Part shown: positions 10,514-22,384 of the stretch, one piece after another
Layout of the letters: each line of letters begins with the position of its first letter
Numbering within the stretch: the first letter of the stretch is position 1
Origin: Pelagomonas calceolata
Lineage: Eukaryota
NCBI GenBank assembly: GCA_918797485.1
Contig: CAKKNE010000003.1
Span: 1,054,001-1,118,000 of the forward strand
Reading direction: 5' to 3'
Length of the DNA: 64,000 bases
Notes under the pieces: model-generated
Database searches by the model: none
What the model was told of the DNA's origin: nothing
What the model saw: only the letters and a program-made list of their open reading frames with translations
Made by a program: the position numbers and the translations under genes

Positions 10514-11812
10514 TTACTTGAGGGGTTTCGAACACCAGTCGAACGGGCACTTCGCCTTGATGAAATCGTCCCGCACTTCCACTGCACCGCTCTCCGAATA
10601 ATATCCGTCCGTCCCCGGCTTGACGACGCAAAAACACTTGAATTTTTTTCGAATTTTCCCGGAATGATGTGCCTTGTCGGCATTCATTTGAACGATGTAC
10701 TTTCCTCTCCGGGATTTCGCTCTTGAACGCCGGACCTTCTCGGGCAGTTCCTTCTCCGCCGCTCGTTCTTCCACCGTCTTCTTTCCCGTACGCCGCAGGC
10801 ACTCGAGTGCGTTCTTGTAGGCCTGCTCGGGAGACGTCGGCTTGTTGTCGAAGCCGTCCGGCACGTGATCTGGATTGACTATGAACTTCACCACCGTGAC
10901 GCCCTCGTTTACTCGAGCAACCTTCATGCAGTACTGAGGCGTGGGGATTTTTACACCTCGTTTGGCGCGTGTGGTTTTTTCGCGCCTTGCTGCGGCTTTC
11001 TTGCTCTCTGCCTTGAATGCTATCTCGTGCCCAGCCGTCGTATGGTTCGCGTTTTTGGGCTTTCGTTTCCCTTCCCTCGTGTCTTTCCTTCTTTTCTTGT
11101 CATCCTCCCGGCGCTTGAGGATCTTTGGAGGGGTCCTGTGTTCGAAGCCGCCCTGGGGGGTGCGGTACAGCGCACCGTCTATCAAGATCTGCTCTTCCCA
11201 GCCGTTGTGGTTGCCGTGGTACTCCACGAGCCGACCAACGTGGTGTACCACCTCCTTGAGCACGTCCTTGGGCTCGACGCCCCTCGACGACGACATCACC
11301 ATCGTGGCGATGAGCCGGCGGAACTGGCCCTTCGTGGACGTGCCGTCCGCGCAGGCCTTGGCCGCCAGGCAGACTTCCTTGCCCGCCTGGACGATGGCGT
11401 TCACCTCCGGAGAGGTGGCCTCCGTGTAGTCGGCCATGGCCCCGTTCAGCGCCTCGAGCCGGTCGAAGAGCGCTTGCGTGGCGACGACGTGCGGCTCGCC
11501 CTTGTGCTTGGCGCGCTGCAGTAAGATGGCTAGGGTCGCTCTGAGTCTATCGTGGAACGCCCACGACTCGTGGTAGCTCTTGCCGAGCCGCGGACTCCAC
11601 AACGCGCGTCGCGCTTTTTTCTTCTTTCGCAGCGGCGGCAGCAGGGCCTGCTTGAGCAGCGGCGTCATGCCGTCCGGCAGCGACGCCTCCGTGAACGCGC
11701 CCGCGTCGTCCGAGTCCCCATCAGTGCTTGTTGCACCGCGCTTTTTGGCCTCCCTGAACAGCTTCGTGAGGCCCAACGCGCCGTCGTCGTCATTGATCCA
11801 CTCGATAGACAT
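10514..11812 (-). CDS. Hypothetical Lys-rich protein
   Basis: Long ORF; likely ATG at 11812 (MSIEWIND); no confident family. Confidence 0.55.
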   Translation of the reverse strand: MSIEWINDDDGALGLTKLFREAKKRGATSTDGDSDDAGAFTEASLPDGMTPLLKQALLPPLRKKKKARRALWSPRLGKSYHESWAFHDRLRATLAILLQRAKHKGEPHVVATQALFDRLEALNGAMADYTEATSPEVNAIVQAGKEVCLAAKACADGTSTKGQFRRLIATMVMSSSRGVEPKDVLKEVVHHVGRLVEYHGNHNGWEEQILIDGALYRTPQGGFEHRTPPKILKRREDDKKRRKDTREGKRKPKNANHTTAGHEIAFKAESKKAAARREKTTRAKRGVKIPTPQYCMKVARVNEGVTVVKFIVNPDHVPDGFDNKPTSPEQAYKNALECLRRTGKKTVEERAAEKELPEKVRRSRAKSRRGKYIVQMNADKAHHSGKIRKKFKCFCVVKPGTDGYYSESGAVEVRDDFIKAKCPFDWCSKPLK

Positions 11813-12155
11813 CTGCTCGTTGCTGGATGATGATCCGTACGGCGTGTGGGGCGTGTTTGAGGCTGCACTCTGCCTCACGCCGGAGAGGAGCCACACACTG
11901 AGTGCGCCAAATCGCAGTTACACCCGTGCACTAGGCTTCCTAGGGTTGCGCCAACGCGTAGAAGACGTGACGGCAGGGGGCGTTGGGTTTTGTTGCCCGC
12001 AAACGGTGCATCCGTTAATTGCGAGTCCGCCGCTCGGTATGCAGCCCAAATGGTAAGCGGGCACGTATAGGGCGAAGCACTGCTGCCCGCCCACCGTCCA
12101 CGGCTCGGTACGCACCTGCGAGCCAGTTTGAGCAGCGTGCAAAGCCCATGCTGAC

Positions 12156-15042
12156 ATGAACCAGGTCCTGAATGAATGCCACGCCGCGCGCACGGCGCGG
12201 CGGGAAGACGGATACGCGCGACCGCGCCTCCTGTCGCAATTTCGCGGTGAGCTGGAAGAGAACGGCGAAGACGGCTTGGGACTGCCTCGACGACCGACGG
12301 AGGCCGAGCTCGACGCGCTCGAGGCGAAGTACCGGACCGAGATGCCGCAAGTAGTTTCAGAACCGCTGGGGCTGCCGATGGAGTCATCAGCCTGGCAGTT
12401 GGCCGACGGGACTGTCGTCTCCGATGTCGATCCATATGCTGATTGGGAGGCAAGAGCGCGGGGCGAGGGCGTCGAAGCGTTAGCAGCTGCGCGCGCGGCG
12501 CGGGCGGCAGCGGAGGAAGATGCCCCACTGAGCCCCGCGGGGTCGCTCCCGAGCCCTGTCGGGCGTCCTGATTCTGATCTGGGCCGCGCGATCGACGCGG
12601 CGATTCGTGATGCCGACGAAGCGCTCGCGGCGATTGGCGCCGACGCCGTGCTGGAGCGGCGTCCCGTGGAGCCTTCGAAGCTTTGGTGGCGTTGCCGCGT
12701 TACGTGGGTGCGAGTGATGTGTACGTGCGCGCCTTACTGGAAGACTCCTTCTGGAGCGGGTAAAAGTGTCGCTTCGTCTGCACTCGCATGCTACGCGACG
12801 CGGGGACGCTGCCACGGCCGCACGCGACGCGTTTCCTACCCGAAGTCACCACCGCTCGATATTCGCACAGGATAGCGCCGACGCCGCAGAGCTGCTGCCG
12901 GGGTCTTCTGAGACAGACAACGCCAGCGACGGGAGCGACGACGCCGTGACGGCCGAGCCTACTGCGGAGCCGGCGGTCGAACATACTGCGGAGCCCAAGG
13001 CCGAGCCTACTGCCACCAGCGGAGCTAAGGCCGACGGTGCCAAATACGACGGCTCCAAGTACGACGGCGCCAAGGCCGACTCGTACGACGGCACCGACGG
13101 TGGCACTGAGCCTATTGCGGTCGGCGACCCGGTCTACGGTACACTCGTCAAGCTCCTCGACGCCGCGCAGCGAGGCGACCACACGGCGGTCGCGGGACTG
13201 CTACGCGAGGCCGATCCAGCGGCACGCCGGAGGCTGGCCGGGTCGCGGGCCCGCGTCGGGAGTTCGTTCACGTCATCGACGCCGCTCGAACTCGCGGCCG
13301 CGGCACACGAAGAGGGCGAAGAGGCAGCCGTCGAATGCTGTGCTTTGCTCCTTCGATACACTTGCGCGTCGAAGGACGCCGTCGCCTCTGCGCGCCGCGT
13401 CGGTAATGACGCTGTCGCCGCGCTACTGGAGACGCCCATACCGCCGCAAGACGAGGACGCGCCGCCGCCGGTTCCGAAGGCGCCGCTGACGGTCGGCGCC
13501 GCGCACGCCCGTGGGCGCCTGTTGGGACGCAAGCTCTTCCGTGCTATATCGACGGAAGGCACTGCCACAACGGATCGGCTCCTCGGCGCCGTCGAACGCG
13601 CCCCGACTCTCGTCCGCCGAGCCGCCATTGCGTTCACCGACGGCAACCGCTGGACGTCTCTCCACGCTGCCGCTGCTGTCGGTAACGCCGACGCTGTATC
13701 CCGGCTCCTGACCGTCGGCGCCTCGCCCGCCCTGCGCACGGCGACGGGCGCCGACGTCGTCAAGATTGCGTGCGACGCGCGGCAGATCCAAGTCGTCGGC
13801 GTGCTCCGACGCCACGCGGCCGGCGCGACCGGCAAGCGGCGGAAGCCTCGGCCGCCGCCGCCTCCAGAGGAGCAGGTGCCCGAACCAACGCCGACCAGCG
13901 AAGTACCGCCGCCTCCGCCGCCCGCCGAGACGGCGCCGACGGAAGCTCCGCCCACGCCCGCCGCGCCGCCGGCACCGGAGCCCCTGTTCGCCGTCGGCGC
14001 GCGCATCGAAGCGCAGTTCGAAGGTGGCGACGAGTGGTACGCGGGCGTGGTAGAAGCTGTGGACGGAGACACCTTCAACGTTTTATACGACGACGGCGAC
14101 CGCGAGATCGGCATAGCCGCGGCGTTTATGCGGATGGAGGGCTCCACGGAATCGTCGGCAGATGATGCGCCGGCGACGGATGCACTGATAACGGATGTCG
14201 CACCAGTCGAGACAGCGCCTGCGCCGCCCGCCGAAGCGACGCCGCCCAAGCCGCCCGCTGAGACGGCGCCGCCGCCGCCGCCTGTCGAGACGGCGCCGCC
14301 TCGCACCAAAACCGCGACGGGACGAGCGTCTGCTAGTAACCTAGCAAAGGCGTGCCGGCGCGGCGACGCAAAAGCCGTCGAGAATTTACTGGAGCGCGGC
14401 GCGCCCGTCGGCGACACGCTGCTCCATGAAGTATGCGGCTTGGACGACGTCGACGCGGCGGTGTCGATCGCGAGGCTGATCATCGCCAAGGACAAAACTG
14501 CGGCCGCTCGCCTCGACCGCGTTGGTCGACCACCGCTGTTTGGAGCAGTTCACTGCTCAGCCCTTTTTGACTTGATATTCGAGGCGTGGCCAGCCGGTGC
14601 GACGACCACCGACACTCGGGGTTTCACGGCCCTGCATGCCGCGGCCGCGGCCGGAACTGATGTCGTCGAGTTCATGGTGGAAAGTGGCGCCAGGATAGAC
14701 GCACGCGACGACCGCGGGAGAGTGCCCCTCTGGCACGCGGCGGCGAACGGACACGTGAACGTTGTCAAGTCATTATGTTCGCGCACCGGGCGCCTCTCGA
14801 GCGCAGAAAATCCGCTCGAGGTCGCGATTTCGCGGCGCCATTACGACGTCGCCCGCGTGCTGCTCGACGCCGGCGCGCCCGTCTCCAACCGGGTGGTCGA
14901 GCTCGCTCGGACCGGCCCGCTCCGCAATGCGGTCCTCGCGCGCCGGAAGAGCGACGACGAGCGCAAGCGGGCCCGCGTCGCCCCTGTGGTGGCGACCAAG
15001 GCGGAACTCCGGGATTTCTCGCACCGGCTCGTCGGCGTTTAA
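12156..15042 (+). CDS. Ankyrin-repeat protein with Tudor-like domain and Pro-rich linkers; probable first exon from 12156, intron about 12708-12870
   Basis: ANK motifs (WTSLHAAA, GFTALHAAA, VPLWHAAANGH); GARIEAQFEGGDEWYAG...YDDGDRE; acceptor TTCGCACAG at 12870; donor position uncertain. Confidence 0.7.
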
Positions 15043-15383
15043 TGTTGTCTAAATAATACCAACCCCGGGGCAGCGTTGAGGTAAGCGTCGCTTGGCTAAG
15101 GGCCCGGGCCAACTTGAGGCCTAGCAGGCCGGCCGGCGCCGCGGCGCAGCCGTAGAACATCGCGGCGCGTCGTCGGGTAGCGGGGCGGCGCAGGCGGTGT
15201 AGTTTCGTGAGGGTCATTTTGCGTTGACTATTCTAGCTGCAAGCTTCTAGAGCCAGGGCACTTAGCCGAGCCGACGACTCATGATGTTATACGTGGGGAG
15301 GGAGTGAGCGGGACCAGCACGCGATCATAAGCCAGCGACGCCTCACGCCGACGCCTCGGCCGTGAGGCCCGCCATGACCTAGG

Positions 15384-15596
15384 TGGATTTATGCGGAGGC
15401 GCTCTACATGGACGACGGCGCCACGCTCGACGATCTGCGCGAGAGCGTGGAGACGCTCGAGGAGACGAGTCGAATTGCGCGGCGCGTGCTCGGCGTCGCG
15501 CACCCAACCGTAGAGGGGGTTGGGCATGCCTTGGTACGGTCTCGGGTGATGCTCCACGTAGCGTCTCAAGTGGTGAACGCCGCCGCCGCGCTGTAG
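15384..15596 (+). pseudogene. Isolated C-terminal fragment of a TPR-like pelagophyte multigene family
   Basis: YAEALYMDDGATLDDLRESVETLEETSRIARRVLGVAHP with no upstream open frame; family recognised from memory only. Confidence 0.55.
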
Positions 15597-15649
15597 GAGT
15601 GCAGGGTAAGTTTTAAATAAGAAAAGTTGTGATTATTACCTAGGGTTAC

Positions 15650-16330
15650 AGGATCAGGCCGGACCTGGAGCGGCTCCACCTCGAAGCAGATCGTCCCGCC
15701 GCCGCGATGTACAGCGGCGATCTGTCGTCGCCGTAGGCGATGGCGGCCGGGATCGTCAGCTCGGCAGTGCCGCCTTCTTGCCTGTGTGGAGACCATCGCG
15801 ATCCTCCACGCCATCGAGCAGGCGCAGTTGCATAGACAACGTCGCGTCGACGGCGTAAACCTCCATCGATCGGACCGTGATTACGGAGAGAAGGTCGTGT
15901 CGATGGCGTGGCCTCCTCGAGCAGGTGCATTACGGAAACAAGTAGGGCGCTGATCTTTGATTTCCACACAGCCTCGTTGCATGAGCTAGAGCGCTTCCTA
16001 CCAGCCCGCGGTGACCTGCTTGACGACGAACTGCGCCGGTTCTCCCCGCGGCCGAGAGCTATCGAAGGCCGTCCCGTCGATGAGCGTGTCGACGTAGTGT
16101 ACGGACACCTTCGAGGCCAGCCGTCGGGAACAGCCCGACGCCCTCCTTGACATGATCGATCACCGAGCCAGACCTTGTCTGTTCCACGCCCTCGACCGCG
16201 GCGGTCGCGGCCACGGCCTCGGCGCCGCGCGCCTTCTCGTCATCGATCGCCGACGCCGCGTTGTTGGTTTGTTGGTGGATCAGCGCGTTGATGGCGTTGC
16301 CCTAGCGCGAACAGCGTTTTGCGTCCGACG
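15650..16330 (-). pseudogene. FKBP-type peptidyl-prolyl isomerase pseudogene containing an introner intron
   Basis: [27 protein letters not shown]...GW*EAL*LM|QEGGTAELTIPAAIAYG; two TAG stops and a frameshift before TICFEVEPL. Confidence 0.85.
15782..15980 (-). mobile_element. Introner-element-derived GC-AG intron (199 nt)
   Basis: TIR CTGTGTGGAAATC / GGTCTCCACACAG; TSD GCAA(C)GAGG vs GCAAGAAG; two inverted core motifs. Confidence 0.9.
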
Positions 16331-16787
16331 CTTCGCCGGCGCGCAGCGACAGCGCTCGCGGTGCTTCGCGGCTGCGTCGTGAAGACCACCGCATCGCAGG
16401 AAATAAAGAGGACGCGCGGCGTGATGATGTCTCACTTGCTATAGGTAGTGTGCTGCTCTTTGTAGGTTATCTCTTGCCTCGCTAAGTTCTGCAATGGATG
16501 CAACTGTGTCGAGTCCGCGCGTTTCCCAGCGCTGGTGAAGTTTGTCGATTTATGCGCGTACGTATCACGCAATTGCGCCGCCTCCAGCACACTGGCTTGG
16601 GAGAGGCATCCGGCACCCGAGCGCACATACAGAACTGTAGATCTGTGGAAGTAGACGTACAATGGATCCCCAGGTTAGTTTTGTTGTTTTTTATGCTAAA
16701 AAAAAATTATACAGGCGATTGCTCTTTGGCAAAAAGCGACCTGATTACCGCCCGTACGACCCTCAAACCTTCACAAAGACGTTCAAC

Positions 16788-17585
16788 ATGGCCTCGTCGA
16801 CGCCCACGCAAGCCCTCGTCAGGGTCTGCACGACGCTCGCCCCCCCCTCCAGCTGTCAAATAACACTGACCAATGATGAGTGGGATTTCGAGGCGCTCTC
16901 GCAAGTCTGCGGCCGCAAGTCCGCTGAAGTGTATGGGTTGATCCGCGACGACGAGTCCTGCCGGACGGTGTTGAAGGAGTGCCTCTCTGGTCAAAACGTC
17001 CGCATGATCAGCGCGGATATGACAAGGTACTTCTGGAGCGAGAAGTGCGAGGCCCCGGACGTGGACATCTGCATCGCTTCCTTAACAAACTTCCGGGCCA
17101 TGATCGCGACTTCTCACTACTACGCGCCCAATTATATGGGAAGCATGACCCAGTACTCGTTCCCGGGCGGCCTGGGGGCGGCCATCACCGCGCGCGAGCA
17201 CCTCAAGTGTATCTACCACCGCCTCCTCTCCATGGTGCCCACCCACAACGAGGAGGCGCTCGCCACGGCGCGGGCCGGCAGCATGATCCACCTCGAGAGA
17301 GCCAATGAAGCTGCCTCGAAGCACCTGGAGGACTTCGCGGCCATGTTGGCGAACGGCGTGGATCGCGCCGCGGCCATCGAGTTGCTGAAGGTCCACGGCA
17401 TCAACCTCGAGGGCCACCAGGGGCGCCTCAAGGGCCCGCTCGTCTACCAGGCCATGCAGGGCGCCTCCGAGAAGACGCAGATCGCCATCATGAAGCACTC
17501 GGAGGGCTGGGGGATGCCCCTGCCCGAGCCGGTCCGCCGCGAGCTCGCGCGCGTGCGGATCTCTAGAAGCTACTGGTGGCAGTAG
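16788..17585 (+). CDS. Hypothetical protein
   Basis: ORF with strong GC3 bias from MASSTPTQ; no recognised family. Confidence 0.55.
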   Translation: MASSTPTQALVRVCTTLAPPSSCQITLTNDEWDFEALSQVCGRKSAEVYGLIRDDESCRTVLKECLSGQNVRMISADMTRYFWSEKCEAPDVDICIASLTNFRAMIATSHYYAPNYMGSMTQYSFPGGLGAAITAREHLKCIYHRLLSMVPTHNEEALATARAGSMIHLERANEAASKHLEDFAAMLANGVDRAAAIELLKVHGINLEGHQGRLKGPLVYQAMQGASEKTQIAIMKHSEGWGMPLPEPVRRELARVRISRSYWWQ

Positions 17586-19143
17586 GCCGTGAGCGCGCGC
17601 GCGCGTCCCGCTTCGCCGCCCCAACATGGGTTGCCTAAGAACCACTTTTCGTCGACCCACGTGTAGATACTGGCGGCGCGCCTCGCCGGCGGGCGGCTGC
17701 GTCTGGGCGTCCGGCTACCGACGCCTAGGAGCAGGGTGGCTGGAGAGTGGGGCAGCTGCCCAAGCAATCCCGCAGCCCCCGGCTCCGCCGGTCGCCTCGC
17801 TGCCGCGGGTCGCCAGATGGACCGACTGTGCCGCAGCGCCGCGGCTGCGCCCTGAGGACGTCCACCAGCGACCGTCTTGGCAGATTTTGGGCAAAGGAGA
17901 TTGTCTCTCGCGGCGGCCGCCGCGCCGCGACAGCGGCGTAATAATAAGCCGGGGAGGAGTCGGGGACGGGTCCCCGAAGAAAGATGAATGGTCCGTCGCG
18001 GCGCGATTTTCCCACCGGATGATGGTAGAGTAGAGTGCCCATCGTCCCGCGAGACGCCACCCCTTAGGAAAGCGCAACTGATTTCGGCTACTTACTATAG
18101 CATTCCGCGTCGTCGGCCGCCGGGTCCTTCGCCGCGTTAAAACTTAGGTTACCGGGGACAGCCCCCGATCGCGACGGCACGCAGCCCGGCGAGACGTGCC
18201 CCGAGGCGCCGTCGCAGCGCCGCGAACCCGGCCCAGGGACGCCAACGGCGTGGGGGTATCGTCGCCGCGCCGGCGATGGCCTTTCGTCGACGCGCTCGGT
18301 GCGCTCGCGGCCGCCTCAACGCTACCGTGTGGCGTGATGGGACCCAGACGTCGGCTCAACGTCGGGACCATCGACATCGCCCAGGGCGACGAACACGCCC
18401 TGATCGTGGGACCAGGAGTCGGAGATTGAGGGGGCGCAGGCGCCGCCAAGTACTGCTACAAGTCATCGCCGCAACGCGACGAATGCCGAGGACGCGTTCA
18501 GCACGTCAGTACATGTAACCCCCACAGCGGCGCCGTTGAGGCCGCGCGCGCCGCTTCTTCTGCGCCGCGAGGCACGGCCCATGCCGAACGCGACCACAAA
18601 AGCGGCGGAAGGGCGCGCATCGCTGCGCGTAATGCCGGCTGGTGCATGACGATGGCATTCACCAAACTGATGCATGATCTCGAAGCTCACGGACGCCAAA
18701 AAGGGCTGCCCTTCGCAATTTCCCCAAGCTCTCCCAGGCGTGAAGGAGTGCCTCTTTTCCACTACAAATCGCGCAGCGCTGCGACTCGATACGTAAACCA
18801 ATGCAAGGCAAGACCGTGTCGATCGCTGGCCACTGCGTTTTTGAGGGCTGCTCCCAGATAGAAAGTAAAAAAAAATCTAAAAAGCTAGTATGTTAGTACA
18901 CTAGCCTCAAAGCCAGGAAGAGCGCCAGCTTGGCGCTGTGTGAGGCTCCGGAGCGGGCTTGAACACGCGTGGCATAGTGGTTTCTTCCTCTATTACAATT
19001 GCCGCAGCGCGAGATCACCGGTCGCCGCGAATAACGCGTTGTCAGAGAGCTGCTCTCCGGTGAGTGCCACCGCAGCGCGAGGCCACCGGCACGCCTGTCG
19101 CCGCGGGCTACACGTTTGCAGCAAAAAGCTCTCAGAGAGGAAG

Positions 19144-21624
19144 ATGGTCCGCTTCACGCTCGACGACCTCGACGTCTTCTTCCCCTACCCCTCGTTGTAC
19201 CCCGAGCAGTTCGCGTACATGTGCGAACTAAAAAAAGCGTTGGATGCGGAGGGCCATGCTTTGCTCGAGATGCCGACGGGCACGGGAAAAACCGCTTGTC
19301 TCTTGGCATTAGTGACGGCCTTCCAGCACGCCCACCCGGAGGCCGGGAAGTTGATTTACTGCACGCGAACGGTCCCGGAGATGGAGAAGTGTCTGGCCGA
19401 GCTGAAGCGACTGAGGAAATATAGGGATGAAGTACGCGGGGCAAATGCACCGAAGGCGCCCTTTCTAGCTTTATGTCTCAGTTCGAGGAGGAATTTGTGT
19501 GTGCTAGATGAAGTCGTCAATAGGACCGACAGAGAAAGCGTCGACGCCGAATGTCGCAAACGCACGGCGTCGTGGGTGCGCGAAGCGAGGGCACAAACCG
19601 GAAGCGGACCGTGCTGCTCGTTTCATGATACGTGGGCAGCATTGGGTACTGATGCGCAAATTCCCGACGGCGTCTACGACGCCGAAGACTTACGAAGGTT
19701 AGGTAGACGTACTGGCTGGTGCCCCTACTTCGTCGCGAGACACGCGATCCAGCACGCGAATGTCGTCGTGTACAACTATCAGTACATGCTCGATCCTCGG
19801 GTGGCCGGTCTAGTCACGAGGGAGTTGGAGAAGGAGTCGATTGTGGTCTTCGACGAGGGCCACAATATCGACAACATTTGTATCGAAGCTTTGAGTGTGG
19901 AGCTAGACGACAAGTCTTTACGAGCGGCGGAGCGGTGCGCGAAGAGACTTGGTAGGAAAGTCGACCAATTGAAAGAAAGCGACGCGCAGCGCGTGCGCCA
20001 GGAGTACGACAATTTGGTGAGGGGTCTAGGCTTGAACCAGGCAGCACCTAGAACAGATGATGCGCCGGGTGGGCCCGCGGCGCCTTTGCCCGACGAATTA
20101 TTGAGAGAGGCCGTGCCCGGCTCGGTAAGAAGGGCCGAGCAGTTCCTCCAGATGTTGAGGTTGCTCGCGCAGCATTTACTGCGACGATTATCCTCACAAC
20201 GCGTGGAGGTCGAGAGCACGACGGCTTTTTTAGCCGGTTTAGAACAAAGGACGACGCTCCAAGCGAAGCCTTTGAAGTTCTTCCACGCGCGGTTACAGCA
20301 ACTCCTCCGAACGTTACGATGTGTGGAAGTAGAGGACGCGCGAGCTCTTGGTAGAGTCGCCCAGTTCGCCGCCACGGTCAGTACGTACGCGGAAGGCTTT
20401 TCGATCGTCGTCGATCCGTTGCGGAGGGGGTCGTCCGGCGTGCCCGAGCCGCAACTGGATCTGGCGTGTCTCGATGCATCTCTAGCGTTAAAACCGGTCG
20501 TCGAACGGTTCCGGTCTGTCGTGTTGACGTCTGGAACATTATCTCCGTTAGACTTGTACCCCAAGCTGCTGAACTTCGCGCCGGTTGTGCGGGCGTCGCT
20601 GCCGATGTCGACCTTCCGACCTTGTATCTTACCGTTAGTTGTGAGCAAAGGTGACGACCAACGGAAGGTCTCGACGCGGTTCGAAAGCAGAGATGGCACG
20701 GACGTCGTGAGGAACTACGGCGGCTTGCTCGTGCAGCTTTGTGAGGTCGTGCCGGACGGGTTGGCCGTGTTCTTCACTTCTTATTCTTATATGGAACGGG
20801 TCGTCCAGCAGTGGGACCATGATGGTACCTTACAACGTATCTTAACGAGGAAGCTCATCTTCGTCGAGACCAAAGATGTGCTCGAGACGACGCTAGCCTT
20901 GGAGAATTACCGAAGAGCTTGTGATAGTGGTAGAGGGGCTGTGTTCTTCTCGATTGCTCGCGGCAAGGTCGCGGAGGGCATTGACTTCGATCGACACTAC
21001 GGCCGCTGTGTATTGAATATCGGCGTGCCCTTCCAGTACACGCAGTCTCATGTGTTGCGGACTAGATTAGAATTCCTCCGCTCGAAACATAACATCCAGG
21101 AGGGCACGTTCCTGACGTTCGACGCATTACGACAGACCGCCCAATGCGTCGGGAGGGTGGTCCGTTCGAAGACGGACTATGGAGTTGTTGTGTTAGCAGA
21201 CGATAGATTTGGAAGAAAAGATAAGCGGAGCAAGCTGCCGGGCTGGGTGCGCCAGTTTCTGAGTGATGCGCAGCTCGACCTCAGTACAAGTAACGCGCTG
21301 GGCGCCGTGCGCGGCTTTTTGAGGCGCATGGCGCAGCCGGTAGACGATAGGGATTTGAAGCAGATTCTTGTGGATGAGCGGCGGCTGCGGGAGCTGCTCG
21401 CGGACCGGGCGCGCGAGAACGCGTGTGCGCCGCCGCCGATCCCGGCGCCTGTTAATCCCGCACCGCCTCCCCCAGCGGCGCCGGCGCCGATGGACGTCGA
21501 AGCGGCGCCGCCCGCGCCGGACGGAAGGATGGACGTCGACGCGATGCCCCCGGCAGCGCATCGCGTCGGTCCACACGTCGTCCAGGCCGCCGCCGAGGCC
21601 AAGGACGACGCGGGTAGTTGTTGA
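19144..21624 (+). CDS. ERCC2: TFIIH helicase XPD/Rad3
   Basis: EMPTGTGKT, LSSRRNLC, Fe-S cysteines, WCPYF, LTSGTLSP, GKVAEGIDFDRHYGR, QCVGRVVRSKTDYG. Confidence 0.97.
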   Translation: MVRFTLDDLDVFFPYPSLYPEQFAYMCELKKALDAEGHALLEMPTGTGKTACLLALVTAFQHAHPEAGKLIYCTRTVPEMEKCLAELKRLRKYRDEVRGANAPKAPFLALCLSSRRNLCVLDEVVNRTDRESVDAECRKRTASWVREARAQTGSGPCCSFHDTWAALGTDAQIPDGVYDAEDLRRLGRRTGWCPYFVARHAIQHANVVVYNYQYMLDPRVAGLVTRELEKESIVVFDEGHNIDNICIEALSVELDDKSLRAAERCAKRLGRKVDQLKESDAQRVRQEYDNLVRGLGLNQAAPRTDDAPGGPAAPLPDELLREAVPGSVRRAEQFLQMLRLLAQHLLRRLSSQRVEVESTTAFLAGLEQRTTLQAKPLKFFHARLQQLLRTLRCVEVEDARALGRVAQFAATVSTYAEGFSIVVDPLRRGSSGVPEPQLDLACLDASLALKPVVERFRSVVLTSGTLSPLDLYPKLLNFAPVVRASLPMSTFRPCILPLVVSKGDDQRKVSTRFESRDGTDVVRNYGGLLVQLCEVVPDGLAVFFTSYSYMERVVQQWDHDGTLQRILTRKLIFVETKDVLETTLALENYRRACDSGRGAVFFSIARGKVAEGIDFDRHYGRCVLNIGVPFQYTQSHVLRTRLEFLRSKHNIQEGTFLTFDALRQTAQCVGRVVRSKTDYGVVVLADDRFGRKDKRSKLPGWVRQFLSDAQLDLSTSNALGAVRGFLRRMAQPVDDRDLKQILVDERRLRELLADRARENACAPPPIPAPVNPAPPPPAAPAPMDVEAAPPAPDGRMDVDAMPPAAHRVGPHVVQAAAEAKDDAGSC

Positions 21625-21667
21625 TGTAATTGTTTGTGCACAGTCTTTCTTAAATAATGGGGATGAG

Positions 21668-22105
21668 CTAGAGCGCTGGGAGCGGCACGCGTTTTCTTTT
21701 CGGCCTTGGCGCGAAGTGGGCCCGCCGCGGCGGCGTGTTCGTGCGGTCGCGGAGTCCGCGGTCGGGCGTCGGCGGTTGTGCTGCTTGTGGCCGCACCGGC
21801 GACGGCGATTCCAGCGCGAACGCCTCGAGCGCTAGGTTGACACCGGTGATGAGGGAGCCGGGAGCTTGTGATGAGGCCACAGGCGTCTCGGGCGCGTCCC
21901 ACGGCGGCGTTGCGGCCACGCGCGGCGTGGAGGCGCGGCCCGACGACGAAGACGTGATGCTGCTCCGCGCCGAATCTCTTCGTTCCGCCTCGGCCAGCGC
22001 GCGGTCCAGGATGGCCGTGGGGTCATTCCCTTTCGGTGTCGTCGGGGTCTGCGGCTCGTTGCGGAAGAAGCTGAAGCAGTGGGTGTCGTCGGTGGCTCGA
22101 GCCAT
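21668..22105 (-). CDS. Hypothetical low-complexity protein
   Basis: 145-aa ORF with a real ATG, convergent with XPD, upstream CTAG motif. Confidence 0.5.
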   Translation of the reverse strand: MARATDDTHCFSFFRNEPQTPTTPKGNDPTAILDRALAEAERRDSARSSITSSSSGRASTPRVAATPPWDAPETPVASSQAPGSLITGVNLALEAFALESPSPVRPQAAQPPTPDRGLRDRTNTPPRRAHFAPRPKRKRVPLPAL

Positions 22106-22362
22106 GGTGTACGATCTCTGGGGCCTTTGGAGGAGGCCGCGGGCAGCGGCGTTCGCTCAGTGTCGTCGCGCTTCGGCGGGATCCGCCGCCAACTGTAATC
22201 AAATCGCCAAGCGGGTGTTCTGAGGGTCCAGGCGGCTGCGAGATGGCCAGCGCGGCTGCGCGTGAGACTTCTGCTGTTCACGCGTGCGGTCTGCGTGCGC
22301 TGCGCTGCACAGAGAGCAAGGATACGAGTCAAGGCGGCCAAGACTCACTTGAAAAATGCCCG

Positions 22363-22384
22363 CTAGTGTGTTACAGACCGCTAG
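22363..22384. promoter_or_regulatory. CTAG-flanked upstream motif
   Basis: CTAGTGTGTTACAGACCGCTAG. Confidence 0.65.

Noticed and set aside
13134..14495. Long antisense ORFs (also 45048, 41060 and others)
   Set aside because: Mirror frames of GC-rich genes with no recognisable domains
15986..16000. TAG reassigned to Gln (two TAGs at Gln-type positions in FKBP)
   Set aside because: Intact genes end in TAG (23478, 35789, 60561) and the FKBP also has a frameshift, so decay explains it
19849..19866. DEGH instead of DEAH in XPD
   Set aside because: The third position of DExH is tolerant and all other motifs are intact
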